A DNA stretch of 64,000 nt. It comes from Candidatus Omnitrophota bacterium. GTDB taxonomy: Bacteria; Omnitrophota; Omnitrophia; Omnitrophales; Aquincolibacteriaceae. A program made the position numbers and the translations under genes. Location of the stretch: positions 325,183 through 389,182 of the forward strand of contig JAKLFP010000001.1 in the NCBI GenBank assembly GCA_022711115.1. Reading direction: 5' to 3'. The notes below the pieces were generated by a model. The model saw only the letters and a list, made by a program, of their open reading frames with translations, was not told where the DNA came from and ran no database searches. Position 1 is the stretch's first letter, and each line of letters begins with the position of its first letter. Shown here in pieces: positions 20,555 through 29,373 of this stretch.

Positions 20555-21640
20555 TTAACCTTTCATCTTTCGAATAATGGCCTGTCCCATTTCTCTGGTC
20601 CCGACAGCCGTAGGATCATTTCGATCGGCTTTCATGTCATAAGTAACATCCTTGCCCTCGCGAATCACATCGGCAATGGCTTTTTCTAATTTGTCCGCCG
20701 CTTGAACTTCTCCGAGATATCGCAACATTAAAACGCCCGATAGGATGACTGCCGTTGGATTAACCTTATTAAGCCCTTTATATTTCGGTGCGGAACCATG
20801 CGTTGCTTCGAATAACGCCCCGTTCGTTCCAATATTCGCACCCGGCGCAACACCGAGCCCGCCAACCAATCCGGCGCAAAGGTCCGAAAGAATGTCGCCA
20901 TAAAGATTCGGTAAAACAAGCACATCATACATCTCCGGTTTCTGAACGAGTTGCATACACATATTGTCCACGATTCTGTCCTCAAACTCGATATCCGGAT
21001 ATTGTTTGGCCACTTCGCGCGAGACCTCAAGGAAAAGTCCGTCCGTGAATTTCATAATGTTTGCTTTATGCACGGTTGTTACTTTTTTACGTTTGTATTG
21101 CCGGGCATAGTCAAAAGCAAATTTCACAATACGCTCTGTTCCGGCAATAGAAATCGGTTTAATACTAATGCCGGAATCCGGCCGGATTTTACGTTTCGAA
21201 AGTTTTTCGATCTGATGGATAAGCTCCCCTGCTTCCGCGGTCCCTTTTTGAAATTCGATTCCCGCATAAAGATCTTCCGTATTCTCGCGGACGATCACTA
21301 AATCGATATTCTTATAACGGGAACGGACACCTTCATACGACTTACAAGGACGAAGACACGCATAAAGATCAAGCTCTTTACGAAGTGCCACATTCACCGA
21401 CCGGAAGCCCGTTCCGACAGGGGTTGTGATGGGTGATTTGATCGCGATCTTGTTTTTACGGATCGACTCGATCACGCGGTCCGGAAGCGGCGTGCCTTCG
21501 GTTTTCAGAACGTCCACTCCTGCTGTCTGAATATCCCAATCAAATTTAATTCCGGTTGCTTCAAGGCATGCCTTGGCAACTTCGGCAAGCTCGGGACCGA
21601 CACCATCCCCCGGTATTAAGGTAACACGATAAGATTTCAT
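20555..21640 (-). CDS. icd: NAD-dependent isocitrate dehydrogenase (isocitrate/isopropylmalate dehydrogenase family)
   Basis: 361 aa. IPGDGVGPE and NLYGDILSD motifs. TCA-operon context favours Icd over LeuB. Confidence 0.7.
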   Translation of the reverse strand: MKSYRVTLIPGDGVGPELAEVAKACLEATGIKFDWDIQTAGVDVLKTEGTPLPDRVIESIRKNKIAIKSPITTPVGTGFRSVNVALRKELDLYACLRPCKSYEGVRSRYKNIDLVIVRENTEDLYAGIEFQKGTAEAGELIHQIEKLSKRKIRPDSGISIKPISIAGTERIVKFAFDYARQYKRKKVTTVHKANIMKFTDGLFLEVSREVAKQYPDIEFEDRIVDNMCMQLVQKPEMYDVLVLPNLYGDILSDLCAGLVGGLGVAPGANIGTNGALFEATHGSAPKYKGLNKVNPTAVILSGVLMLRYLGEVQAADKLEKAIADVIREGKDVTYDMKADRNDPTAVGTREMGQAIIRKMKG

Positions 21641-21756
21641 GCGAACTCCTTGATCTTTTAGGTTATCATGACTTATGAGAGCATTGCAGCAAGATACGTC
21701 ATCGGTTAGAATGCGCCGTCACTACAACCGGCTCATCAAAAGGACTTACATTTTAT

Positions 21757-22548
21757 ATGAAGAACGCCAAAATTAAAAGGACACTGTTAGAAGCCATCGA
21801 GAAGGCCGGACATCTCATAAAATTGAATTTCGGCAAGAAACAGAAGATCACAAAGAAGGGTGAATTCAACCTAGTAACCGCCATTGATAAGGCTTCGGAA
21901 AAAGTGGTCGTCGACCTTATTCTCAAACGCTTCCCAAACCATTCCATACTGGCTGAAGAATCCCCGGCGGTAAAGGGCTCGGACTGCCAGTGGATTATTG
22001 ATCCCATCGATGGCACCACAAATTTTGCGCATGGTTTTCCGCTTGTTTCCGTATCGATAGGTTTTGAAAGAAACGGGCGGCTTGAAATGGGAGGCGTCCT
22101 GGACCCAACCCGAAATGAGTTTTTCTTTGCCGAGCGAGGCAAGGGAGCCTTTTTGAACCATAAAAGGATCCACGTCTCCAAAGTAAAAACGCTTTCAGAT
22201 GCGCTGGTGGTGACCGGTTTTCCTTATGACCGTAAAAAAAATCCGAATGACTATCTTGCTATGTTGCGTGCTTTCCTCACTCGTGTCCAGTGCATCCGGC
22301 GCACCGGTTCCGCAGCGATCGATCTTTGTTATGTGGCCAGCGGTCGTTTTGACGGTTACTATGAAATGAAGCTCAATCCATGGGATAAAGCCGCGGGGAT
22401 GCTCATTCTCAAGGAAGCAGGCGGTAAGCTTACGGATTTCTCCGGAAATCCTCTGACCTTGGAATCCGTTCAAAACCTTGCTACAAACGGTTTGATCCAT
22501 AAGGAAATGCTTAAAACCCTTGCGCCCTTTCAGCTTTTAGGCCGATAA
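21757..22548 (+). CDS. suhB: inositol monophosphatase family protein
   Basis: 263 aa with IDPIDGT and WDxAAG motifs. Confidence 0.8.
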   Translation: MKNAKIKRTLLEAIEKAGHLIKLNFGKKQKITKKGEFNLVTAIDKASEKVVVDLILKRFPNHSILAEESPAVKGSDCQWIIDPIDGTTNFAHGFPLVSVSIGFERNGRLEMGGVLDPTRNEFFFAERGKGAFLNHKRIHVSKVKTLSDALVVTGFPYDRKKNPNDYLAMLRAFLTRVQCIRRTGSAAIDLCYVASGRFDGYYEMKLNPWDKAAGMLILKEAGGKLTDFSGNPLTLESVQNLATNGLIHKEMLKTLAPFQLLGR

Positions 22549-22566
22549 CCACACGGAGTCTTTATC

Positions 22567-22716
22567 ATGCCTAAAAAAAAATCTGCCAAAATGCCGGCGC
22601 CACGCCATACCTGGGCTATCAATCCTAAAACCCGTGTCACTTCATCGAAAAAACAATACGCTCGTACCAGAGCTAAAAAGATCGAAAAGAGTTGGGTGGA
22701 TGAGTTATTTGATTAG
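22567..22716 (+). CDS. small basic protein, 49 aa (MPKKKSAKMPAPRHTWAINPKTR...)
   Basis: Found by manual reading (below the ORF-track cutoff). GGAG 8 nt upstream. Followed immediately by a strong intrinsic terminator. Confidence 0.35.
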   Translation: MPKKKSAKMPAPRHTWAINPKTRVTSSKKQYARTRAKKIEKSWVDELFD

Positions 22717-22750
22717 TTGTTTTGATCGGTTTATCCGTTTATGGGTATAA

Positions 22751-22786
22751 AAAAAGCGCCGGGTTTTGAAGCCCGGCGCTTTTAAA
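22751..22786. terminator. bidirectional rho-independent terminator (stem AGCGCCGGG/CCCGGCGCT flanked by A- and T-runs)
   Basis: Perfect 9 bp GC-rich stem with a 7 nt loop, A-tract on one side and T-tract on the other. Sits between convergent genes. Confidence 0.6.
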
Positions 22787-22805
22787 ACAATTCCTGAAGC
22801 AGTAA

Positions 22806-23135
22806 TTATTTACCGCTCAAATTCACATCACTCGGAATCGGAATATCCGCAGGAATCGGGAAGGTGACCAAATGAACGGCACCAAGAACCGTCGTAACTC
22901 CCGCATCGATCAACCCCTGGCCAACACCCTGCCAAACGTTTTTGCCGGCAGAAGAATAATCGTTAGGCGTCGAGATGATCTTGGTCCAACCGAGAACCGT
23001 ATTGGTCAAACCATATCCCAGTTTCCCAACAGCTTTCTCACCGTAAGTTTTGCCTTCCGTCCACGGACTCGCCGCAAAAGCTAACGGGGCGAGAAACATG
23101 GCAAATACAATCGCTAAACTGATGATTTTCTTCAT
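22806..23135 (-). CDS. small secreted protein, paralog family A (109 aa)
   Basis: Start moved to MKKIISLAIVFAMFLAPLAFA, which has a strong AAGGAGG ribosome-binding site. Signal peptide. Shares W-x-TY(G/K)EK...GL(T/I)N...Gly-rich pattern with 25003..25554. Confidence 0.6.
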   Translation of the reverse strand: MKKIISLAIVFAMFLAPLAFAASPWTEGKTYGEKAVGKLGYGLTNTVLGWTKIISTPNDYSSAGKNVWQGVGQGLIDAGVTTVLGAVHLVTFPIPADIPIPSDVNLSGK

Positions 23136-23317
23136 TGCTTTTCCTCCTTGGTTTTTAAAGCCTTGGATATCGCGTTGCCGACTGAATTTATTTTGCCAGA
23201 ACTTGGCACTGTCGACAAGCACTAATATTCCTGAAATGTATCGTCTCCTAGATTTGTTTCTTAACCTTTTTTTTGAGAAATCTTGCCGCTTTACCTTGAG
23301 ACCTATATGATATCGCC

Positions 23318-24418
23318 ATGAACGTCTTCTTTAAACGGCAATATCTCCGCAAAAAACTTCGGCAATGGTACCATCTTCACAAGAGAGATCTTCCCTGGCG
23401 AAAGACCCTGGATCCTTACAAAATCTGGACTTCGGAAATCATGCTCCAACAAACCCAAGTCGCCACCGTGATTCCCTACTATCAAAAGTGGGTGAAAACC
23501 TTTCCCAAGTTGGAAACCTTTGCTAAAGCCCCTTTATCAAAAGTGCTTAAACTTTGGGCCGGCCTTGGTTATTACCGCCGAGCTAGAATGTTCCATAAAG
23601 CTGCGCAATATGTTAAAAAAAATCTTGGTGGCAAAATTCCAGGAAAGATGGAGGAGCTTCGTAAATTGCCCGGCATTGGACGATACACCGCCGGCGCTAT
23701 TGCAAGCATCGCATATAATGAAACAGTGCCGGTTTTAGACGGCAACGTTATACGGATTCTAACGAGAATCTTCGGGATCTCTCAAAATATTGACCGTCCA
23801 GCCACGATTGGAAAGCTTTGGAAGATCGCCGAGACGTTGCTTCCAAAAAAAAATCCCGGTGATTTCAACCAAGCGCTTATGGAGTTAGGCGCCACCCTTT
23901 GCTTTTCGTTAAATCCGGAGTGTTCCCGATGCCCGGTAAGAACATCCTGTATTGCTCACAAAAAAAGGCGGGAGATCTTTTATCCGGTCCGTTCCAAGAG
24001 AGAAAAATATGAGAAAATTCTCATGACAGCATTGGTGGTTCAAAATAAGAAACTTGAGGTTTTCATCGAAAAACAACCCGAACAGGGACGATGGGGTGGG
24101 CTTTGGATGTTCCCTTTCTGGACAAGAAAAGAGGATATGCTACGAGCATCCTCAAAAATTTGTTGTCAATTACGTCATTTTCTAACTCTTCAACACGCTT
24201 TTACAAAATATCGAATTCGTCTTGAAGTCTATAGGGGAGATTTTAAGAAAAAAGGAATCCAAAGGAGGCGAAATTGGCGATGGATATCAATCAGGACATT
24301 AAAGGATCTTGCGATTCCTTCCCCGCATAGAAAGATTGCGGAAAAATTGTCTCTGGAAAATTCTTTGGAGAGCGGCCTTTTTTCCCCAAAAAAGACCGCA
24401 TCGGTCAATAACTTCTAA
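23318..24418 (+). CDS. mutY: A/G-specific adenine DNA glycosylase
   Basis: 366 aa. HhH-GPD domain, 4Fe-4S cluster Cys (CxxxxxxCxxCxxxxxC) and NUDIX-like C-terminal domain. Confidence 0.8.
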   Translation: MNVFFKRQYLRKKLRQWYHLHKRDLPWRKTLDPYKIWTSEIMLQQTQVATVIPYYQKWVKTFPKLETFAKAPLSKVLKLWAGLGYYRRARMFHKAAQYVKKNLGGKIPGKMEELRKLPGIGRYTAGAIASIAYNETVPVLDGNVIRILTRIFGISQNIDRPATIGKLWKIAETLLPKKNPGDFNQALMELGATLCFSLNPECSRCPVRTSCIAHKKRREIFYPVRSKREKYEKILMTALVVQNKKLEVFIEKQPEQGRWGGLWMFPFWTRKEDMLRASSKICCQLRHFLTLQHAFTKYRIRLEVYRGDFKKKGIQRRRNWRWISIRTLKDLAIPSPHRKIAEKLSLENSLESGLFSPKKTASVNNF

Positions 24419-24488
24419 ACCAATAAAGACTTGCGTCTCGACTCACCTAAGCTGTTATCAAAAGGATAACTATTCGGAGTCCACAGGT

Positions 24489-24713
24489 CTATTCTTGATT
24501 CATACGCTCCATAAGCCATTTATCCAGCACGTCTTTCTTGAAACGCCACTGCCCGCCGATCTTCGTTGCAGGAACTTCATTTTTCTTCAAAAGACGGTAA
24601 ATCGTTACGAGATGAAAACCGAGATACTTCGCCGCTTCTTTAGGCGTCATAATCTGGGTTCTTTCCCGCCTCGGATACTGGAAATCCTGATTTTGCTCTT
24701 TGGCTTGTTCCAT
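24489..24713 (-). CDS. helix-turn-helix DNA-binding protein, excisionase/MerR-like family
   Basis: 74 aa. MTPKEAAKYLGFHLVTIYRLLKKNEVPATKIGGQWRF is the excisionase-family HTH. AAGGAG ribosome-binding site. Confidence 0.6.
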   Translation of the reverse strand: MEQAKEQNQDFQYPRRERTQIMTPKEAAKYLGFHLVTIYRLLKKNEVPATKIGGQWRFKKDVLDKWLMERMNQE

Positions 24714-24835
24714 TCTGGTTCTCCTTGTTTATTATTGCTATTTTTGAGTTCTATTTAGCTATATACTACATCATAAACTACTCTATATTTTATAAATTGT
24801 CAATAGTTGCTAGTTTTTACTATTTTCCATTAATT

Positions 24836-24866
24836 TTGTAACCGTAAATACAGTAATAGGTTACAA
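24836..24866. promoter_or_regulatory. perfect inverted repeat TTGTAACC-N15-GGTTACAA inside an AT-rich divergent control region; candidate operator
   Basis: Seen directly. Lies between the HTH gene and the divergent secreted-protein gene, in a ~290 bp stretch of ~25% GC. Confidence 0.35.
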
Positions 24867-25002
24867 AAAAATGGCTGTTTAAAAATAAAATAATATTGAT
24901 TGTTATTTTTATTCATTGTAGTATCTATGCATTACAGGTGCTAAAAAAGCATCCTATGACTTGACAGTCATTTTAAAAAATCTTCAAAAGAGGAGGTTGT
25001 TC

Positions 25003-25554
25003 ATGAAAAAATTGAAGGTGTGGTTGGCTCTTGTGATTTGCACTTGCTTGTTGGTTCCGCAAGTATTCGCGAAAGATATTTGGGAACTGGCCTCGTCCGA
25101 AACTTACAAGGAAAAAACTGGTGGAATGTTTGTGCGCGGTTTAATTAATGCAGCTACAAGTCCTGTTGACATTCTTGTACAAACCGTGGATAAGACTAAA
25201 AGCGGCCCGCCTCTTATCGGAACGCTCACTGGTATGGCTGGCGGTCTAGGTTGCACGGCATTGCGCGCTGGTTCCGGCATTGTAGACGTAGCTCTTTTTT
25301 GGGTACCCGATTTCAATGGTTTCCCGGTAAACAAATCTTACCACAATTGTCTGTGTGATCAACCCGAAGTGAGCCAACCGGTGCAGTATGCACAGCAGCC
25401 TGTCCAGTACGTATCACCTGTTACTACGCCAACAACCATGATCTCTGAGCCAATCCCTCAGAAACCTATTGTGACGGTTGCCGCAGAACCTGAGCCTGCC
25501 ACACCGCAACATGTTGTTAAGAAACATACTGCTTACGACTACGTAAAAAAATAA
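25003..25554 (+). CDS. small secreted protein, paralog family A, with Q/P-rich C-terminal tail (183 aa)
   Basis: Start at MKKLKVWLALV with a GAGGAGG ribosome-binding site. Signal peptide. Paralogous core to 22806..23135. Confidence 0.55.
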   Translation: MKKLKVWLALVICTCLLVPQVFAKDIWELASSETYKEKTGGMFVRGLINAATSPVDILVQTVDKTKSGPPLIGTLTGMAGGLGCTALRAGSGIVDVALFWVPDFNGFPVNKSYHNCLCDQPEVSQPVQYAQQPVQYVSPVTTPTTMISEPIPQKPIVTVAAEPEPATPQHVVKKHTAYDYVKK

Positions 25555-25573
25555 GCGTGTAATTCAGGATAAT

Positions 25574-25615
25574 AAAAAAGCGTAAGGCACTATTTTTTGC
25601 CTTACGCTTTTTTAT
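25574..25615. terminator. bidirectional rho-independent terminator (stem AAAGCGTAAGGCA/TGCCTTACGCTTT)
   Basis: 13 bp stem flanked by A-run and T-run. Between convergent genes. Confidence 0.6.
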
Positions 25616-25626
25616 GTTAAAAATCG

Positions 25627-26172
25627 TTACAGGGCAAGGTCCCGCAAAGCAAACATCGGCGAGTATTGGTACTTTGCAAGGACTTCTGCAGCGCCTTCAT
25701 TTCGATCTACAAGACAAATCACTTTAACAACTTTGGCCCCAAGTTTCTCGACTTCCTGGATAGCCTTCAAGACAGACCCTCCTGTCGTAATCACATCTTC
25801 CACCATGACCACCTTGTCACCTGCTTCAAGCGCCGGCCCTTCGATCATTTTCTGCATGCCATGATCTTTAGCCTCTTTCCGAACGATAAAAGCCTTAATA
25901 GGTTTTCCGCTCTGAGAACTTAAGAGGGATACCGCTGCCGCAATAGGATCTGCTCCAAGGGACGGTCCCCCAATAGCATCCACGCCTATAGCTTGGATCA
26001 TATGGAGAATCAATTTAGCCGTAAGAAAAAGACCTTGGGCACTAAGTGTTACTTGTTTGCCGTCAATGTAATAGTTTGATACCTTCCCAGAAGCCAGCGT
26101 CCGTTCGCCACGCACCACGGCTTTTTCTTGAATTAGTTTTAACAGCTTTTCCTTAAGCATTAGTTCATCCAT
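25627..26172 (-). CDS. pyrE: orotate phosphoribosyltransferase
   Basis: 181 aa. PRPP-binding motif VMVEDVITTGGS. Confidence 0.85.
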   Translation of the reverse strand: MDELMLKEKLLKLIQEKAVVRGERTLASGKVSNYYIDGKQVTLSAQGLFLTAKLILHMIQAIGVDAIGGPSLGADPIAAAVSLLSSQSGKPIKAFIVRKEAKDHGMQKMIEGPALEAGDKVVMVEDVITTGGSVLKAIQEVEKLGAKVVKVICLVDRNEGAAEVLAKYQYSPMFALRDLAL

Positions 26173-26192
26173 GACACGGTAACTCCTTCTTT

Positions 26193-26948
26193 TCAGTTAA
26201 TTCTACCCTTGCTTTTCGAGCAACTCAAAACCTTTTCACAGATTCTTCGTGATAACCCTTTGACCATTTGTGCCTCTTTCTGCAGAAGTCCGCTTCTTTT
26301 GATCATCCCCCTTGTGGTTTGTAAAATCCTCGGCAGAAGATTTGCTCCCCCTTTTTGATACTCAAGAACCCTTAATGCCTTTGCAAAATGTTTCAATGTG
26401 ATTTCTGTTTCTCTTTTATTAAGAAAAATTTCTTTCTTTTGAGACTTAGATTGTACCTGCCCCCCCTGCCACTGAGCTAATGAAAATAATATGACCATCA
26501 CCGCCTGTGCAAGGTTTAACGATGGATAAGCATCGCTTGCGGGAATCGTTACGGCATAGTCGCAAAGCTGCAAATCCTGATTCGCAAGTCCTTTAGACTC
26601 ACATCCAAAAACAATACCCACTCTGTGACGCCTGGACTCTCGAATGATTCTGGCGATCGCTTCCTGAAATGAAAGAAAGGAACCGCGTCCGCTACCCCGG
26701 CGTCTTGTAGCCCCAACAATAAAATTCAAGTCGCGGATAGCATCTCGCGTGGAAGAAAACACCTTGGCGTGCTTGAGAATATCCGCTGCGGACATTGCCA
26801 TTTTCTTTCCTTTGGACCTCCACGCACGCGGTGGTCGCACGAGGCGAAAATCACAAAAACCCATGTTTTTAATCGCCCGGGCAACAGCTCCGATATTATC
26901 TGCATTTTCGGAAGCAACCAGGATAATCGCTATATGTTCCGGCTTCAT
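26193..26948 (-). CDS. trmJ: SpoU-class tRNA/rRNA 2'-O-methyltransferase (TrmJ-like)
   Basis: 251 aa. SPOUT fold motifs (IILVASENADNIGAVARA, VFGCESKGL, NLAQAV) plus a C-terminal extension. Confidence 0.65.
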   Translation of the reverse strand: MKPEHIAIILVASENADNIGAVARAIKNMGFCDFRLVRPPRAWRSKGKKMAMSAADILKHAKVFSSTRDAIRDLNFIVGATRRRGSGRGSFLSFQEAIARIIRESRRHRVGIVFGCESKGLANQDLQLCDYAVTIPASDAYPSLNLAQAVMVILFSLAQWQGGQVQSKSQKKEIFLNKRETEITLKHFAKALRVLEYQKGGANLLPRILQTTRGMIKRSGLLQKEAQMVKGLSRRICEKVLSCSKSKGRIN

Positions 26949-26983
26949 AAAGAACCTTGAGAAATGAAAACTGAAAAAAGATT

Positions 26984-27364
26984 TTACTCTTTTTGCCAGG
27001 GATAATCAGGTAGGTCAAAGCGGCTCGTTATCGGTTTGGGATCGCCGCTTACGTTTACATACCACGGCAAGACTGCCACATCATTAACTCCAGAAACGGC
27101 CCGTGTCGTAAAATTCAAAAAGGATCGCGGTAGATAGGTTGCAGGCCAAGCCTTGGGATGCAACTGCTTTTCCGTTTTGAATGTCCGGACAAACTCCCAA
27201 GGCGAGCTCAATCCGCTGACAATGCCTCGTTCTTGAACATTCAAAATCTGCTGGAAACCGTTTGTCTTTTTTCCGTCTATATTCTTTTCAGATGTTCCCG
27301 CAAAAAGAGTGGCACTTCCAAGTACAAAAAAAATGAGAATGATTAAGGTTATGACTTTTTTCAT
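26984..27364 (-). CDS. small secreted hypothetical protein (126 aa)
   Basis: Signal peptide MKKVITLIILIFFVLGSATLFA. Confidence 0.45.
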   Translation of the reverse strand: MKKVITLIILIFFVLGSATLFAGTSEKNIDGKKTNGFQQILNVQERGIVSGLSSPWEFVRTFKTEKQLHPKAWPATYLPRSFLNFTTRAVSGVNDVAVLPWYVNVSGDPKPITSRFDLPDYPWQKE

Positions 27365-27389
27365 GCTTTCGCTCCTTAGTTTTTGACAA

Positions 27390-28685
27390 TCAACTTACTT
27401 TTTCCATCACCGCTAGAAAAAAACCATCCGTGCCGCTTTCGGGCGGCCATAGTTTAAAAAAATCTTCCCCTTTTTCGCCGTATGGCACCAGGCTTAACTC
27501 AGGATGAATGGCAAGAAATTTACCCACAACATCTTCATTTTCCAATGCCTCCACCGAACAGGTAGCATAATATAGTTTGCCGTGTTTTTTGAGATATGGC
27601 AAAGCTTTTTCCAGAATCCCGAGCTGTTCGGCTTGCAGATTCAAAAACCATTCTTCCGTAATCTTCCACTTTGCGTCAGGATTCCGGCCTAAAGTCCCCG
27701 TCCCAGAGCAAGGCGCATCCACGAGAATCTTATCAAAGCCCTCTTGGGCTATCTTAAGTTCCGGCATGCGTTTTATGTCTGCAGGAAAGATGTTAAAAAC
27801 ACCTGCTCGCTTTGCTCTCTTTTTCAATTCGTCTAATTTGTAAGCACGAAGATCCGTCGCCACAATGCGCCCTTTGTTTTCCATGATGGCCGCCAAAAGA
27901 AGGCTTTTTCCACCGCCACCCGCACATACATCCCAAACATTTTCTCCGGGTTTGGGTTCCATTTTTTGACAGATGAGCTGGCTTCCCTCGTCTTGTAACT
28001 CAAACCACCCATCTCGAAATGCGTCTGTATCGAACACATTGCGTCTCTCTTTGAGGATTAAGCCGTAATAGGACCGGATGGTTTGATTCGCTTCTACGCC
28101 GTACCGCCGAAACATATCCACTAATTTTTTGCGGCTGATTTTGAGCGTATTGGCTCGAAGCACAAGTAAAGGTCGTTGCACAAAAAAGCCAAGTAACCGC
28201 TCTGCTTCATGAGTCCCGAAAGCCTTGACCCATCGCTGGATCAGCCAGAGAGGAAAAGAATAGAGAACGGCCATCATTTCTTCTTTAGACTTCGGATTTT
28301 TTGTCTCCGGGAGCAAATGCTGTTGTAACGCGGCATAAATCTTTTCACTTAGTTTAAAAATCTCTTGAAACGCCTCTCGAGTGACAAGACCTTCTTTCGC
28401 TGCGGCCAATAAACAGAACCTCTCCGCTCTTTCAAGAGCGTTTATGAGAGAATGCGGGTTTATTTTTTCAAACCATGCTTCAAGAAAGGTCTTATGCCGA
28501 AAGGCAGCAAAGATTGTCTCGGAAAGAAATTTTCTGTCCCGTGAGCCGAATTTTTTACGATGCTGATAAAAATAACGGGAAAGCCACCGGTCTGCCGCTT
28601 GAGAATCTTTTTCAATTCCCTGCCAGATTTCCCCGGCAACATGTAATTGAGAAAAGAGAAGTCTTCGCTGATTATCCTTGAACAT
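27390..28685 (-). CDS. rsmB: 16S rRNA (cytosine-C5)-methyltransferase, NOL1/NOP2/Sun family
   Basis: 431 aa. SAM motif DVCAGGGGKS and the catalytic DAPCSGTG. Confidence 0.8.
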   Translation of the reverse strand: MFKDNQRRLLFSQLHVAGEIWQGIEKDSQAADRWLSRYFYQHRKKFGSRDRKFLSETIFAAFRHKTFLEAWFEKINPHSLINALERAERFCLLAAAKEGLVTREAFQEIFKLSEKIYAALQQHLLPETKNPKSKEEMMAVLYSFPLWLIQRWVKAFGTHEAERLLGFFVQRPLLVLRANTLKISRKKLVDMFRRYGVEANQTIRSYYGLILKERRNVFDTDAFRDGWFELQDEGSQLICQKMEPKPGENVWDVCAGGGGKSLLLAAIMENKGRIVATDLRAYKLDELKKRAKRAGVFNIFPADIKRMPELKIAQEGFDKILVDAPCSGTGTLGRNPDAKWKITEEWFLNLQAEQLGILEKALPYLKKHGKLYYATCSVEALENEDVVGKFLAIHPELSLVPYGEKGEDFFKLWPPESGTDGFFLAVMEKVS

Positions 28686-28705
28686 CGCTTCACACCTATA
28701 AGTAA

Positions 28706-28735
28706 AAAGGCCTGATCATAAGATCAGGCCTTTAT
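28706..28735 (-). terminator. rho-independent terminator for the 28760..29197 gene (GGCCTGATC/GATCAGGCC followed by T-run on the minus strand)
   Basis: Seen directly. Confidence 0.5.
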
Positions 28736-28759
28736 GGAAAATTTTTAGGAGCAAGAAAA

Positions 28760-29197
28760 TCAGGATTGCTCGCCTGCTTTTAAAATCCTTTGACGAATAT
28801 CAGATTCACGATCGAATCGGTTTTGACGAGACATGTCTAAAGTCCGCTGAGCCGATGAAAGCTGCTGCTGAATATACGGGTCATTTTTATTGCTTCGAGC
28901 CGTTTTGAAAGCATCCGCGGCACTCCAGGCGTGATTGGCAATTAAGGGCCCAAGACCCGCCCAAAAAATTCCTCCTGTCGTTAGAGTTGCCAAAAGAATC
29001 GTTGTGGTCACCGCAGCGACTTCAATCCCCGCCATGATCTTTGTCTTTGTGGAACCGATTTGACCGTTCATAGCTTGACCCGTGGTCGGCAGCAATAGCG
29101 AAGCTCCAAATTCTTTCATACCCTCCGCAAAAACTGAAGGGGTCATGGTCGCAAATATCATTAAAAAAGCTAAAGAACAAGCGCATATTTTTTTCAT
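28760..29197 (-). CDS. secreted/membrane hypothetical protein with glycine-zipper-like segment (145 aa)
   Basis: Signal peptide, then GxxxG-rich hydrophobic stretch (AAVTTTILLATLTTGGIFWAGLGPLIA). Confidence 0.45.
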   Translation of the reverse strand: MKKICACSLAFLMIFATMTPSVFAEGMKEFGASLLLPTTGQAMNGQIGSTKTKIMAGIEVAAVTTTILLATLTTGGIFWAGLGPLIANHAWSAADAFKTARSNKNDPYIQQQLSSAQRTLDMSRQNRFDRESDIRQRILKAGEQS

Positions 29198-29373
29198 GGC
29201 GTTTTCTCCTTAAATGGGCGATTTTTTAACCTTTTATTTTAACGGTTTTTTCCTCAAAACCTTTACCCCCGTTGAAACTGCCTTGCTTCGAGAAAATCCA
29301 ATTAACGAAGTTTATAATTCGCCCAGTCACGGCTCAAAATGCGCTCCGTCAAGTCTTAATCCGGACAGATTGT

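Noticed and set aside
24489-24713. Excisionase-family HTH as a marker of a prophage or integrative element
   Set aside because: No integrase, recombinase, phage structural or replication gene occurs anywhere in the window. The gene sits next to core genes (mutY, pyrE). It is interpreted as a small regulator.
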